Shown piece by piece: positions 28,027-36,857 of a stretch of DNA of 64,000 nt. Under the pieces are notes generated by a model, which saw only the letters and a list, made by a program, of their open reading frames with translations, was not told the DNA's origin and did not search any database. How positions within the stretch are numbered: the first letter of the stretch is position 1; every line of letters begins with the position of its first letter. The translations under genes were made by a program, and so were the position numbers. The stretch comes from Bacteroidota bacterium (GTDB lineage Bacteria > Bacteroidota > Ignavibacteria > UBA10030 > SZUA-254). The stretch is taken from the NCBI GenBank assembly GCA_049515655.1, contig JBEKTW010000007.1, forward strand, positions 64,648 through 128,647, in the 5' to 3' direction.

Positions 28027-28185
28027 TTTGAACCCACGGCTTCAGCCGTGGGAAAGAAAAACCCAAACGCGGAGGAACCGTTTCAACGGTTTAGAAGAAG
28101 GTTACCTTCTCCGAAGCGAGGACGAAGCTGAAGGTAACCTTCGCTCAAAGCTCTCGTGTCAGTTGGAAACCGCTAAAGCGGCTAC
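28027..28185. repeat. cluster of four short GC-rich hairpin elements
   Basis: CCCACGGC-TTCA-GCCGTGGG (28033-28052); AACCG-TTTCAA-CGGTT (28076-28091); GAAGGTTACCTTC/GAAGGTAACCTTC (28097-28142); ACCGC-TAAA-GCGGCT (about 28167-28183). Confidence 0.7.
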
Positions 28186-28279
28186 CGGGTTCTGGCTTCC
28201 GTACTGTCCTACGACTCAATTCGTGTATTTTCTCATCATCTCCCAATGCTCATCGTCAGGGTTCGTCGTTCGGCTTTTT

Positions 28280-28421
28280 ACCCTCATCCCTTTCCACTCT
28301 CCCCGTTTCGCCCCGCGGGAGAAGCGGGGCTCAACACCCCTCTCGCGATACTTCGACTTCGCTCAGGACAGGTTCGGGAGAGGGGTCACGGGGTGAGGGT
28401 AACTCAGCAGGCGCCCGTCAC
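28280..28421 (-). repeat. nested palindromic REP/MITE-like element, copy R3
   Basis: Its reverse complement is ~90% identical, outside the hairpin loops, to 56346-56448. Contains the GCCCCGC..GCGGGGC and CCCTCTC..GGGAGAGGGG stems. Confidence 0.85.
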
Positions 28422-28479
28422 CCCGAATTCTCATCTTTTTCTTAAACTTTCTGCCGCAAAGACGGTCAAAGGTGAGAAA

Positions 28480-31368
28480 ATGCGACGTAATAGCGTGATA
28501 AATAGGGTCGCCTTACCATTTCTGGCGATTTTCCTCCTCGCAGGTCACATGGCATCACAAACTGCCGCCGTCGAGGGGAAAGTCATTGACCACGGCAGGA
28601 ATCGACCCCTCGTCGGTGTGCACGTTCGTCTTACGGACCGCGACGACTCAACCGAGACATACGTAACTGCAACCGACACGAACGGCTATTTTCACTTTGC
28701 CAGTATTCCGCATGGAGCGTACGCGCTCGAAGTGACCCGCGTTGGCTATAAGTCGATCGGAAAAAATGTCGACATCGAACGGTCACTCGTCGGCCTGGGA
28801 ACTCTCGCCATGTCGGAGCAGACGATACCGCTGCATGAATACATCGTGGAAGGACGCCTTCCAACCGCAGTTCAGAAAGGCGACACCACCGAATACAATG
28901 CACGGGCGTTCAAGACAAACCCGGACGCCACGGCGGAAGACCTGGTGACAAAAATGCCCGGCGTTGTGGTTCAAAACGGCACGGTGCAGGCACAGGGCGA
29001 AAATGTGCAGCAGGTTCTTGTGGACGGAAGGCCGTTCTTCGGAAGCGACCCGACGCTTGCGCTTCGTAACATGCCGTCGGAAGTGATCGACAAAGTGCAG
29101 GTGTTCGACAAGCTAAGCGACCAGGCACAGCTCACCGGGTTTGACGATGGGCAGACCATCAAAACCATGAACATCGTGACACGGCCGGAACGGAGGACCG
29201 GAGAGTTCGGGCGCATCTACGGAGGATACGGTACCGATGACCGCTACGTGACAAGTGGAAACGTGAATTCCTTTGAGTCCGACCGTCGGCTTTCTCTCAT
29301 CGGACTCTCCAACAACATTAGCCAGCAAAACTTCTCAACCCAGGACCTGCTCGGCGTTATGAGCGGAGGAAATCAAAGGGGCGCCGGCGGCGGAGGAGGA
29401 GGGATGTTCACGCGCGGCAGAAGAGGCGGCTCGGGTCAAAACAGCGGAACGCCGGGGGGGGCCCCAAATCCCGGTTCGGCCGGGCCGGGGTCCGCGGGCA
29501 ATTTCCTGATCGGGCAGCAAAGCGGCGTTTTTTCGGCGAACTCCGTCGGTTTGAATGACGCCGATAGTCTTGCGAGAAACCTCTTCATGGCCGGGAGTTA
29601 TTTCTTTAACGAGACGGATAACCAAAATCCCCAGATCCTTCACCGGCAGTATGTTTATTCGCCCGACTCCAGCAGTTTTTACAATGAGAATAGTAATGCG
29701 GAAAAGACGAACTACAACCACCGTTTCAATTTCCGTTTCGACTACATGGCCGATTCTTCCAACTTCCTCGTCGCGACTCCGCAAATGTACATACAGAAAA
29801 ACAACTCCACAAGTTCGATAACGGGCATCAACACATCGTCAGGGAATGTGTTGCAGAGTCAGGCCCAAAACGACAACCAAACAAACACCGACGGCTACAC
29901 GATGCGAACCCACGTCATCTACCGGCATAAATTTCCCACGCAGGGCCGCACGCTCTCCATCGATGTCGGACTTGGACTCAACCGCAAGAACAGCACGAAC
30001 ACCCTCAACTCGCTCGATCAATATTATACGGCCCCGACCGGCGCGGATACCATCAACCAGCAGACGGGGATTGTAACGGACGGATACACCGCTTCTTCGA
30101 ATGTGGTCTACACCGAACCGGCCGGAACGATCGGGCTACTCCAGATCAACTACAGTCCATCGTATTCAAAAAACATATCGGATAACAGAACCTACAATTA
30201 CGATGCACTCGCGAGCGGCTATTCCGACCTTAATACCAAGCTCTCCAATTCTTTTAACAACGAATACCTGACCAACAACGGTGGTATTGGCTACCGTCTC
30301 CGGTTGGGTTCGTTGAATGGCTCGGCGGGCGTTTCGTATCAGATTGCGAGCCTGCAGGGTGAACAATCGTTTCCGAATACATCCTCGGTCTCGAAAATGT
30401 TCTATACGGTGCTGCCGAATGCTATCATCAATTATGAATTCTCGAACCGGCGAAGTCTGCGCGTGTTTTATCGCACTCTGACGAGTTCACCGACGATCAC
30501 ACAACTGCAAAATGTTGTCGACAACTCCAATCCGCTTATTCTGTCGATTGGTAACCCTGACCTCAAACAGTCGTACAGCCAAACGCTTCTCACGCGGCTT
30601 TCGCTCGCGGAAACGGAACGGGCACAGAGTCTCCTGCTCTTCTTCTACGCGAGCTCTACGCGGAATTACATCGGCAACTCGACGATTACAGCCGTGCATG
30701 ACACACTGCTCCCGGGCGGTGTTCAACTCACCAGGGGGACACAGCTTGTCAGTCCGGTAAACCTGGACGGCAACTGGAGTGTTCGTACCTTCTGCACGTA
30801 CGGATTCCCAATCGACTTTCTCGGGAGCAACCTGAATCTCAATGGAGGGGTTACGTACACCCGTTCGCCCGGGCTGATCGACAATCTCCTGAACGTGGCT
30901 AATGTGGTCGCTGTGAGTCCCGGCTTTGTCCTCGGAAGCAATATCAGCGAGAAAGTCGATTTTACAGTTTCGTACACCGCGAATTTCAACAATTCTAAAA
31001 ACTCGACGCAACCGACCCTCAACAATAACTACTTCAGCCATACGGCAGCTGTGAAACTCAATCTGATTTTCTGGCAAGGCATTGATATAAAGACGGACCT
31101 CGCAAACACCCTGTATAACGGATTGTCAAGCGACCTGAACCAGAATTACACACTCTGGAACCTGAGCTTGGGAAAGAAGCTCTTTGAAAACCAGCAGGGA
31201 GAAATCCTCTTCACGGTGTTCGACCTCCTCAATCAAAACCGGAGTATCAATCGGACGGTGACAGAAACCTATGTTCAGGATGCAACCACCCGCGTTCTCA
31301 GCCGCTACTATATGGTAACGTTTTCGTACAATCTGAGGCAATTTCACGAGTCGCGACCGGACATCTGA
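28480..31368 (+). CDS. TonB-dependent-receptor-like outer-membrane beta-barrel (CarboxypepD_reg + plug + barrel)
   Basis: Start moved to ATG 28480 (MRRNSVINRVALPFLAIFLL..). CarboxypepD_reg-like GKVID..PLVGVHV..TDTNGYFHF, then plug region KMPGVVVQNG..VLVDGRP, then a long Asn/Ser/Tyr-rich barrel. Gly-rich insert at about nt 29350-29500. Confidence 0.8.
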   Translation: MRRNSVINRVALPFLAIFLLAGHMASQTAAVEGKVIDHGRNRPLVGVHVRLTDRDDSTETYVTATDTNGYFHFASIPHGAYALEVTRVGYKSIGKNVDIERSLVGLGTLAMSEQTIPLHEYIVEGRLPTAVQKGDTTEYNARAFKTNPDATAEDLVTKMPGVVVQNGTVQAQGENVQQVLVDGRPFFGSDPTLALRNMPSEVIDKVQVFDKLSDQAQLTGFDDGQTIKTMNIVTRPERRTGEFGRIYGGYGTDDRYVTSGNVNSFESDRRLSLIGLSNNISQQNFSTQDLLGVMSGGNQRGAGGGGGGMFTRGRRGGSGQNSGTPGGAPNPGSAGPGSAGNFLIGQQSGVFSANSVGLNDADSLARNLFMAGSYFFNETDNQNPQILHRQYVYSPDSSSFYNENSNAEKTNYNHRFNFRFDYMADSSNFLVATPQMYIQKNNSTSSITGINTSSGNVLQSQAQNDNQTNTDGYTMRTHVIYRHKFPTQGRTLSIDVGLGLNRKNSTNTLNSLDQYYTAPTGADTINQQTGIVTDGYTASSNVVYTEPAGTIGLLQINYSPSYSKNISDNRTYNYDALASGYSDLNTKLSNSFNNEYLTNNGGIGYRLRLGSLNGSAGVSYQIASLQGEQSFPNTSSVSKMFYTVLPNAIINYEFSNRRSLRVFYRTLTSSPTITQLQNVVDNSNPLILSIGNPDLKQSYSQTLLTRLSLAETERAQSLLLFFYASSTRNYIGNSTITAVHDTLLPGGVQLTRGTQLVSPVNLDGNWSVRTFCTYGFPIDFLGSNLNLNGGVTYTRSPGLIDNLLNVANVVAVSPGFVLGSNISEKVDFTVSYTANFNNSKNSTQPTLNNNYFSHTAAVKLNLIFWQGIDIKTDLANTLYNGLSSDLNQNYTLWNLSLGKKLFENQQGEILFTVFDLLNQNRSINRTVTETYVQDATTRVLSRYYMVTFSYNLRQFHESRPDI

Positions 31369-31509
31369 CCTTTGATCTCATAGGGGCTGCACTATGATTG
31401 CCCGGTAGTTCTTAAACCTATCCATTTGGGGGGTGTCCAACCTGTGAAGTGCTCAGTCTTATTTAATAGCAGTTATTCCACAATCGTTCATTGTTTGAAA
31501 GGAAACAAG

Positions 31510-31899
31510 ATGATGACCAAATTCTTTCCCAGATTGGCGATGCTTGTCGTTGCGATCTGCTCTCTTACGCTCCTCATGCCGGGTGCAGGTCGTGCCCAGC
31601 GTGCACGGATGTCACTCGACGACCGTGTCAAGGCCATTACCGACAGCCTCTCGCTGACGAAAGTTCAATCCGACAGCGTGCGGATCATCTACATGGCCGC
31701 GGACTCGGAACGCAGCAAGATTTTCGAGAAAAATCAGGGTGACCGCAGTGCCATGCGCGCCGCGATGGGCGATATCATGAAGAGGGTAGATGCGAAAATC
31801 GAAGCGCTCCTCACGGACGAGCAGAAAGCTAAATACGAAAAAATGAAGCAGGAACGTCCCCAAATGGGTGGAGGCCGCGGAAGACAAAGGCAAGACTAA
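31510..31899 (+). CDS. Spy/CpxP-like periplasmic LTXXQ-motif protein
   Basis: 129 aa with a signal peptide. Two LTxxQ motifs (LTKVQ, LTDEQ); Gly/Arg tail. Confidence 0.65.
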   Translation: MMTKFFPRLAMLVVAICSLTLLMPGAGRAQRARMSLDDRVKAITDSLSLTKVQSDSVRIIYMAADSERSKIFEKNQGDRSAMRAAMGDIMKRVDAKIEALLTDEQKAKYEKMKQERPQMGGGRGRQRQD

Positions 31900-31946
31900 G
31901 CTGTAGATAAAGATCATATTGTCAACCTTCGAAAGAACGCATTAAC

Positions 31947-32843
31947 ATGATCACCCATAGACAGGAAAAGCTCCTGCACAGCATCGCGGTCAGTATGTTC
32001 TGGCTCGTGCCTTCGTTCTTGTGTTTGATGGCAGGATGCAAGACCCTGGAACTTGCCAGTCGGTGGAAGAACAAAGATGTCGTCATTGACGGAAAGAATA
32101 CGGAATGGAAGGATTCTTTGTACGCTCTCGATGAACACGAAACATCCATGGGTCTGCTCAATGATGAACATTTTCTCTATATCGGTTTGATCACCATAAA
32201 CCGGGATTACCAACGGCAGATCATGAGGTCGGGACTGACAGTTTGGTTCGACCGCAACGGTGGGGAGGATAAGAAATTCGGGATCCATTATCCTCTGGGC
32301 CTCGGCGGAGCCGGTTCAGAGCAGGGACGAAGGGAAAACACGGGGGATGTAGGCGGCTCCGGCGATGCGGGAGGAGAGCAGCCGGCGGGGTCTCAAATGG
32401 ATAATCCGCGACCGCTGGCCGATGAGCTGGAAGTGTACGGTCCAGGAGAGGGGGAGCATCATCGCATGACGACCGCTGAGACGGGCGGCATCGATGTCCG
32501 TGTCGGTATTACGAACGGCGTCCTTGTCTATGAGTTGAAGATCCCGCTCTCAGATACCGGACCCACAGCCTTTGCGATCGGAACAAAGCCGGGGATGCAA
32601 ATCGGCGTTGGCGTCGAATCCTCAAACGGGCGTGGCGCTGCATCGCAGGGCAATAGTGAAGGAGGAGAAGGTCGCGGCGGCGGTATGGGCGGAGGACGGG
32701 GTGGTGGCATGGGCGGACGCGGTGGCGGCGGCGGTCGCAGAGGTGGAGGTGGCGGCGGCGGTTCGAGAGCCGGAGGACAAACCGAACCTCTTCAGATTTG
32801 GGCGAAAGTACAACTAGCAGTTCAAGATTCATCCTCCCACTGA
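31947..32843 (+). CDS. lipoprotein of unknown function with a C-terminal Gly/Arg-rich (RGG-like) tail
   Basis: 298 aa. Lipobox LMAGC; about 60-aa tail GRGGGMGGGRGGGMGGRGGGGGRRGGGGGGGS. Confidence 0.6.
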   Translation: MITHRQEKLLHSIAVSMFWLVPSFLCLMAGCKTLELASRWKNKDVVIDGKNTEWKDSLYALDEHETSMGLLNDEHFLYIGLITINRDYQRQIMRSGLTVWFDRNGGEDKKFGIHYPLGLGGAGSEQGRRENTGDVGGSGDAGGEQPAGSQMDNPRPLADELEVYGPGEGEHHRMTTAETGGIDVRVGITNGVLVYELKIPLSDTGPTAFAIGTKPGMQIGVGVESSNGRGAASQGNSEGGEGRGGGMGGGRGGGMGGRGGGGGRRGGGGGGGSRAGGQTEPLQIWAKVQLAVQDSSSH

Positions 32844-33203
32844 ATGAGCCCCTAACGAACGTGAAGGGTGGCTTGGGCATCTTCAGTGCATTCGCAAGCG
32901 ACAGCTTGTATTTTACGGTGTCACTTGATTCAACCGGTGCCATCCCAGCTAATTTTGCCAAATCTTCCACCGGCGGATCCAGGTAAAATAATCCTGGAAG
33001 GAAAACTATTCGTGTCGATGCTCGGAATAAGCTCGGGAACGTCCTCGGGAAATCCGATGTTCTGTAATCGAATGATAGCTTGCCTAGTTCAATAGTTTCT
33101 TCGGGTCCGTCATTACACACTGGGAAATCGAAGCCGATGTGCCTCGGTGGACTTTGGCCCGATGAACTCGCAACGCCTTATCCATTAAAGTAGAAGGGAA
33201 CTG

Positions 33204-33617
33204 ATGAATAGAAAGGAATTCCTGTCAATATTCGGAATAGGCTCGGCGGTGCTCGCCTGCAGCTACTGCCTTGGCGGGTGTAAAGTGCCCGACGCGGGAA
33301 TCACTGCGCCTACGAATGTCGATTTCACGCTGAATCTCGCTGACCCAGCAAACGCTTCGTTGAAATCCGTCGGAGGTTATCTGTACAATGGCGGCGTTAT
33401 TGTGGCGCACGCCCCGAGTGGATACATTGCTGTCAGCTCGGCATGTACTCACCAGGGAAACGCCGTCCAATATGAACTGGCGAGCAACTCTTTTTACTGT
33501 CCGGCCCATGGCTCCCGATTTGCTACTAACGGGTCGGTGATCAATGGGCCAGCAGGCAGTGCCCTCGGGAAATACAACACCACATTGAACGGGACATCTC
33601 TCAGAGTCTTTTCTTAA
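33204..33617 (+). CDS. small exported Rieske [2Fe-2S] domain protein
   Basis: 137 aa. Cluster ligands CTHQG...CPAHGSRF. N-terminus NRKEFLSIFGIGSAVLAC looks like a Tat-type (RK variant) signal plus a possible lipobox. Confidence 0.85.
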   Translation: MNRKEFLSIFGIGSAVLACSYCLGGCKVPDAGITAPTNVDFTLNLADPANASLKSVGGYLYNGGVIVAHAPSGYIAVSSACTHQGNAVQYELASNSFYCPAHGSRFATNGSVINGPAGSALGKYNTTLNGTSLRVFS

Positions 33618-33744
33618 GACCTGCTTTTCTTTGCCTTTTTGCGTACCTTAAGTGAACCGTCGTTCTGGTTCTCCGCGGGGATTCCTCAATTTCCGTAAAA
33701 TGAACATCAACTACCAGGAATAGAATCATTAATAAAGAGGGACC

Positions 33745-34539
33745 ATGAAATCCATTCTCCGTATAGTTTCAATCGCGTGCCTCAGTTACGCCGCACTGCA
33801 CGCTCAGGAATCCGTCCCGGTTGACGATTTTGACAGCCAGGCGTTCTACACCTCCGGTACCGGCGAGGCAGAAGTAGTCATGCCGTTTGAAAGCCCGCTC
33901 TTCGCACAACGTCTGGATTCTTCACCTTCACTTGAACTCACTCCCGAATCATCGTCTTTTTCGGATTCTGCTCGGGCCGATTCGCTCCGCCCGGTTGTGA
34001 AACGCAAACTCTTGCCGGACAACATGAGTTTTGTAGAAAGAGGATTATGGGGCGAGAGCGGACTGCTGCGAAGCGTGGGTCTCGCATCACCGCTCACACC
34101 TGAAGTCCGGAAGAGTGAATTGTCGCTCCGCCGCACAATGCTGACCGTACACCAGATCGGCGGATTTGTAACCCTCGGTTTGTTGGCCACGACAGTGTAC
34201 TATGGTCAGAGGACTCTCGACAACTTTAACAACTCTCAGTTCAGAAGCCTGCGGCAAACACACTCGGAGTTCGTGACGTTTTCGATATTCTCGTACACGG
34301 CCACCGGTTTGCTGGCAGTGCTTTCACCCCCTCCGCTGATCCGGCGCAATGAGAACAGCACCACGACATTACACAAAACTCTGGCGTGGGTCCATGTTGC
34401 CGGTATGATCATCACGCCGATCATCGGGTCGCAGCTCCGGCACAACAAGAACGAGCTCCAGCTCGCGCACTACCATCAGGTCGCCGGCTACATAACGACG
34501 GGAGTGCTTGCCCTCTCACTCATTGTTGTCACATTTTGA
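33745..34539 (+). CDS. exported Ser-rich domain + 4-TM membrane protein with His at the start of every helix (possible b-type cytochrome)
   Basis: 264 aa with a signal peptide. Helices at about residues 137-153, 174-193, 211-229 and 245-264, preceded by H136, H173, H210/H217 and H242/H244. Confidence 0.5.
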   Translation: MKSILRIVSIACLSYAALHAQESVPVDDFDSQAFYTSGTGEAEVVMPFESPLFAQRLDSSPSLELTPESSSFSDSARADSLRPVVKRKLLPDNMSFVERGLWGESGLLRSVGLASPLTPEVRKSELSLRRTMLTVHQIGGFVTLGLLATTVYYGQRTLDNFNNSQFRSLRQTHSEFVTFSIFSYTATGLLAVLSPPPLIRRNENSTTTLHKTLAWVHVAGMIITPIIGSQLRHNKNELQLAHYHQVAGYITTGVLALSLIVVTF

Positions 34540-34549
34540 CGGAGCACGC

Positions 34550-35101
34550 ATGACCATAAGAAACCTCTCAATACTGGCCATGTTCCTGGTGTTCATCTCC
34601 GGCGCCAGATCACAATCCCAAGTTCTTGAAGCGGGAAAAGATGAGTCATCGGTGACCTATCGGCTCGTTCATCCTCTTCACGAGATCGAAGCGACAAGCA
34701 AGGAGGTCGCGTTTAAGCTTGAAGTCGACCCTCCGAAGAAGGAGATAAAAAGTGTTTCCGCCCAGGTGGACGTGACGACGTTCGACAGCGGGAACTCGAA
34801 CCGTGATTCCCATGCCATGGAAGTGATTGACGGTATCACGTATCCCGATGTGACGTTCTCGAGCACGGAAATCACCCAAACTGGCGACAGCCTCCAGGTG
34901 GCGGGAAAACTCACCTTTCACGGCGTGACGAACGATATTTCGGCAACGGCAATAGCGAACTGGACGGAACAAAAGATCGACGTTCAAGCAAGATTCTTTT
35001 TGAGTCTGACGGCATTCAAGATTGAACGGCCCTCCTTGCTCTTGATTCCCGTGAATGATACACTGTGGTTCACATTGAAAGCTGCGTTTAATCGGAACTA
35101 A
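34550..35101 (+). CDS. YceI-family periplasmic polyisoprenoid-binding protein
   Basis: Internal ATG 34550 with a signal peptide. YceI-like pattern ..SSVTYRLVHPLHEIEATSKEV..FDSGNSNRDSHAM..GKLTFHGVT. Confidence 0.75.
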   Translation: MTIRNLSILAMFLVFISGARSQSQVLEAGKDESSVTYRLVHPLHEIEATSKEVAFKLEVDPPKKEIKSVSAQVDVTTFDSGNSNRDSHAMEVIDGITYPDVTFSSTEITQTGDSLQVAGKLTFHGVTNDISATAIANWTEQKIDVQARFFLSLTAFKIERPSLLLIPVNDTLWFTLKAAFNRN

Positions 35102-35106
35102 CCCGG

Positions 35107-36678
35107 ATGTCTAGGTCGAAACTTGTCATATGTTTGCTGACCGCACTCTTGGCGACCGTTCCCGCAATCGGCGCTGAGTCGGGAGACCATCCCAAGAGCG
35201 TTGTTCTGAAGGATCGTTCTCAGCAGGTAAATCTGTTCTATCTGAAGGTTGATAACTCGATGGACCGAATCTGGGACGAGTTCATGCTGGTGAAGAGGGC
35301 AAACTCCGGCGACCCGGATGCAGAGCACGAGCTTGGTATCCGTTACCTCACCGGTAACGGGTTCGCCCGCGACACTGCGCGAGCAGCACTCTGGATTCGG
35401 AAGGCGGCCGAGCAGGACCTGGTGCCCGCACGGTACAACTATGGTATTCTCCTGAATAACGGACTGGGTGTCGGCTGGGACCCCTACGCGGCCTACAAGA
35501 ACTTCCGGTATGCCGCGGAACATGGACTGGCGGAAGGCGAGTATGCCTATGGCCTGCTCCTGACCGACAATCTGACCGTTCCCCGGAATTATTCCGAAGC
35601 GTATCGATGGCTTAAAATGGCGGCTGATTCGGGTTACAAGCCGGCGGGGGAAGTCCTGGCGGAATTCAAGGCGCGGGGCATTAAGGTTGCCAAGGATTCG
35701 CAGAACGAACCGGCCACCGGGGCCGGAAGCAAAAGGGATTCGGCGCGCTCGGAGCCAAACGGGCAGGCGGTCTCCGCGCCCGTGCACCCGGTGTTCCTCG
35801 ATTTTGATGCAGACTCGGTCTCCGAACCTGATGATAAAATGTTGGCTCAGGATGCGCTTCTCGAGAATCATCCCCGCCCGGATAGCACAGCAATCAACCA
35901 GTCCTCCGGCGACCTCGACAGTCTTCTATCTCCCTCGACCCAACGAGTCCTCCGCGATGCAGCGGAAGCCGGCAGCCCCGAAGCCCTCACGTTCATCGGC
36001 CGTATGTATGACCGGGGAATACAGGTCAAACGAAATTCTGTTACGGCATCAGTCTACTACCTCCGTGCGATCCGCTCCGAGTCGCCCTGGGCCTCCCTTC
36101 TGCTCTGGAATCTGACCCGCAAGAATGAATATTTTCCTTCCCTGAAAGCCCATGCTGAGCAGAAAGACCCCGCCGCCTTTTTTATCTGGGCGGAACTTGC
36201 AGATCTTGGTTTCGACCGTCAACTTACGGAAGAGCAGGCCATGGCGTTTCTCGAGCAAGCAGCCGCGATGGACTATCCTGAGGCGCTGGTTGAACTCGGC
36301 GTGCGCTATTACAGGGCAGATCACGGTTCTCGCGACCGCGAGCAGGCAGTGGAACTTCTGAAACGGGCACAACAATTGGGAAACAGGGAAGCTAAACTCA
36401 GGCTCTGCGTCGTAAAACTCAATGGTGAGAAACCGGCTCCGGAAGATAGCAGTATTGTCGCCATGTTCCGGCAAGCCGCGGCGGACGGTTCAGTCCTTGC
36501 GGAAGCGATGCTCGGGTATTGTTACGATAAAGGAAGGGGAGTCGCACAGAACATCCCGCAGGCAGTGGAACTGTACCGAAAAGCTTCTCAGCGTGGAAGC
36601 AAAATCGCCTACGACGCTCTACGAAATCTCTATGATGAATTGCGGCCAAAGGATGCAGGATTCCAGGTCCCGGACTAA
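35107..36678 (+). CDS. Sel1/TPR-like repeat protein, exported
   Basis: 523 aa. Repeated Sel1 units (GDPDAEHELGIRYLTGNGF.RD...A..W..KAA..G...A). Confidence 0.85.
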   Translation: MSRSKLVICLLTALLATVPAIGAESGDHPKSVVLKDRSQQVNLFYLKVDNSMDRIWDEFMLVKRANSGDPDAEHELGIRYLTGNGFARDTARAALWIRKAAEQDLVPARYNYGILLNNGLGVGWDPYAAYKNFRYAAEHGLAEGEYAYGLLLTDNLTVPRNYSEAYRWLKMAADSGYKPAGEVLAEFKARGIKVAKDSQNEPATGAGSKRDSARSEPNGQAVSAPVHPVFLDFDADSVSEPDDKMLAQDALLENHPRPDSTAINQSSGDLDSLLSPSTQRVLRDAAEAGSPEALTFIGRMYDRGIQVKRNSVTASVYYLRAIRSESPWASLLLWNLTRKNEYFPSLKAHAEQKDPAAFFIWAELADLGFDRQLTEEQAMAFLEQAAAMDYPEALVELGVRYYRADHGSRDREQAVELLKRAQQLGNREAKLRLCVVKLNGEKPAPEDSSIVAMFRQAAADGSVLAEAMLGYCYDKGRGVAQNIPQAVELYRKASQRGSKIAYDALRNLYDELRPKDAGFQVPD

Positions 36679-36857
36679 CGAAGAGGACCTGAATCGGGGG
36701 ATGGCGCATTCTTCATGATCACTTCCAACTGAAAGTCTCACCTGCCGGCAACCCTTAATTGTCTCCAGGCGTTCTTTAACGAGCCTCCTGTCTCGGGAAT
36801 AGATTGATTAACTGACGATACGCAAAACTATTCTCGATGATCGAAGCACAAAATCAT

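Noticed and set aside
28001-28056. tRNA gene (minus strand: anticodon-like loop CUGAAGC, GTTCAAATC T-loop, ..GAGCCA end)
   Set aside because: There is no matching 5' acceptor strand or D-arm, the anticodon-like stem is 7 bp and overlaps the T-loop, and a cloverleaf cannot be drawn. Treated as a tRNA-like repeat fragment.
28246-28479. N-terminal 78-aa extension of the outer-membrane barrel ORF (..PFPLSPFRPAGEAGLNTPL..GHGVRVTQQAP..)
   Set aside because: The extension is the translation of REP element R3. A proper start with a signal peptide exists at 28480.
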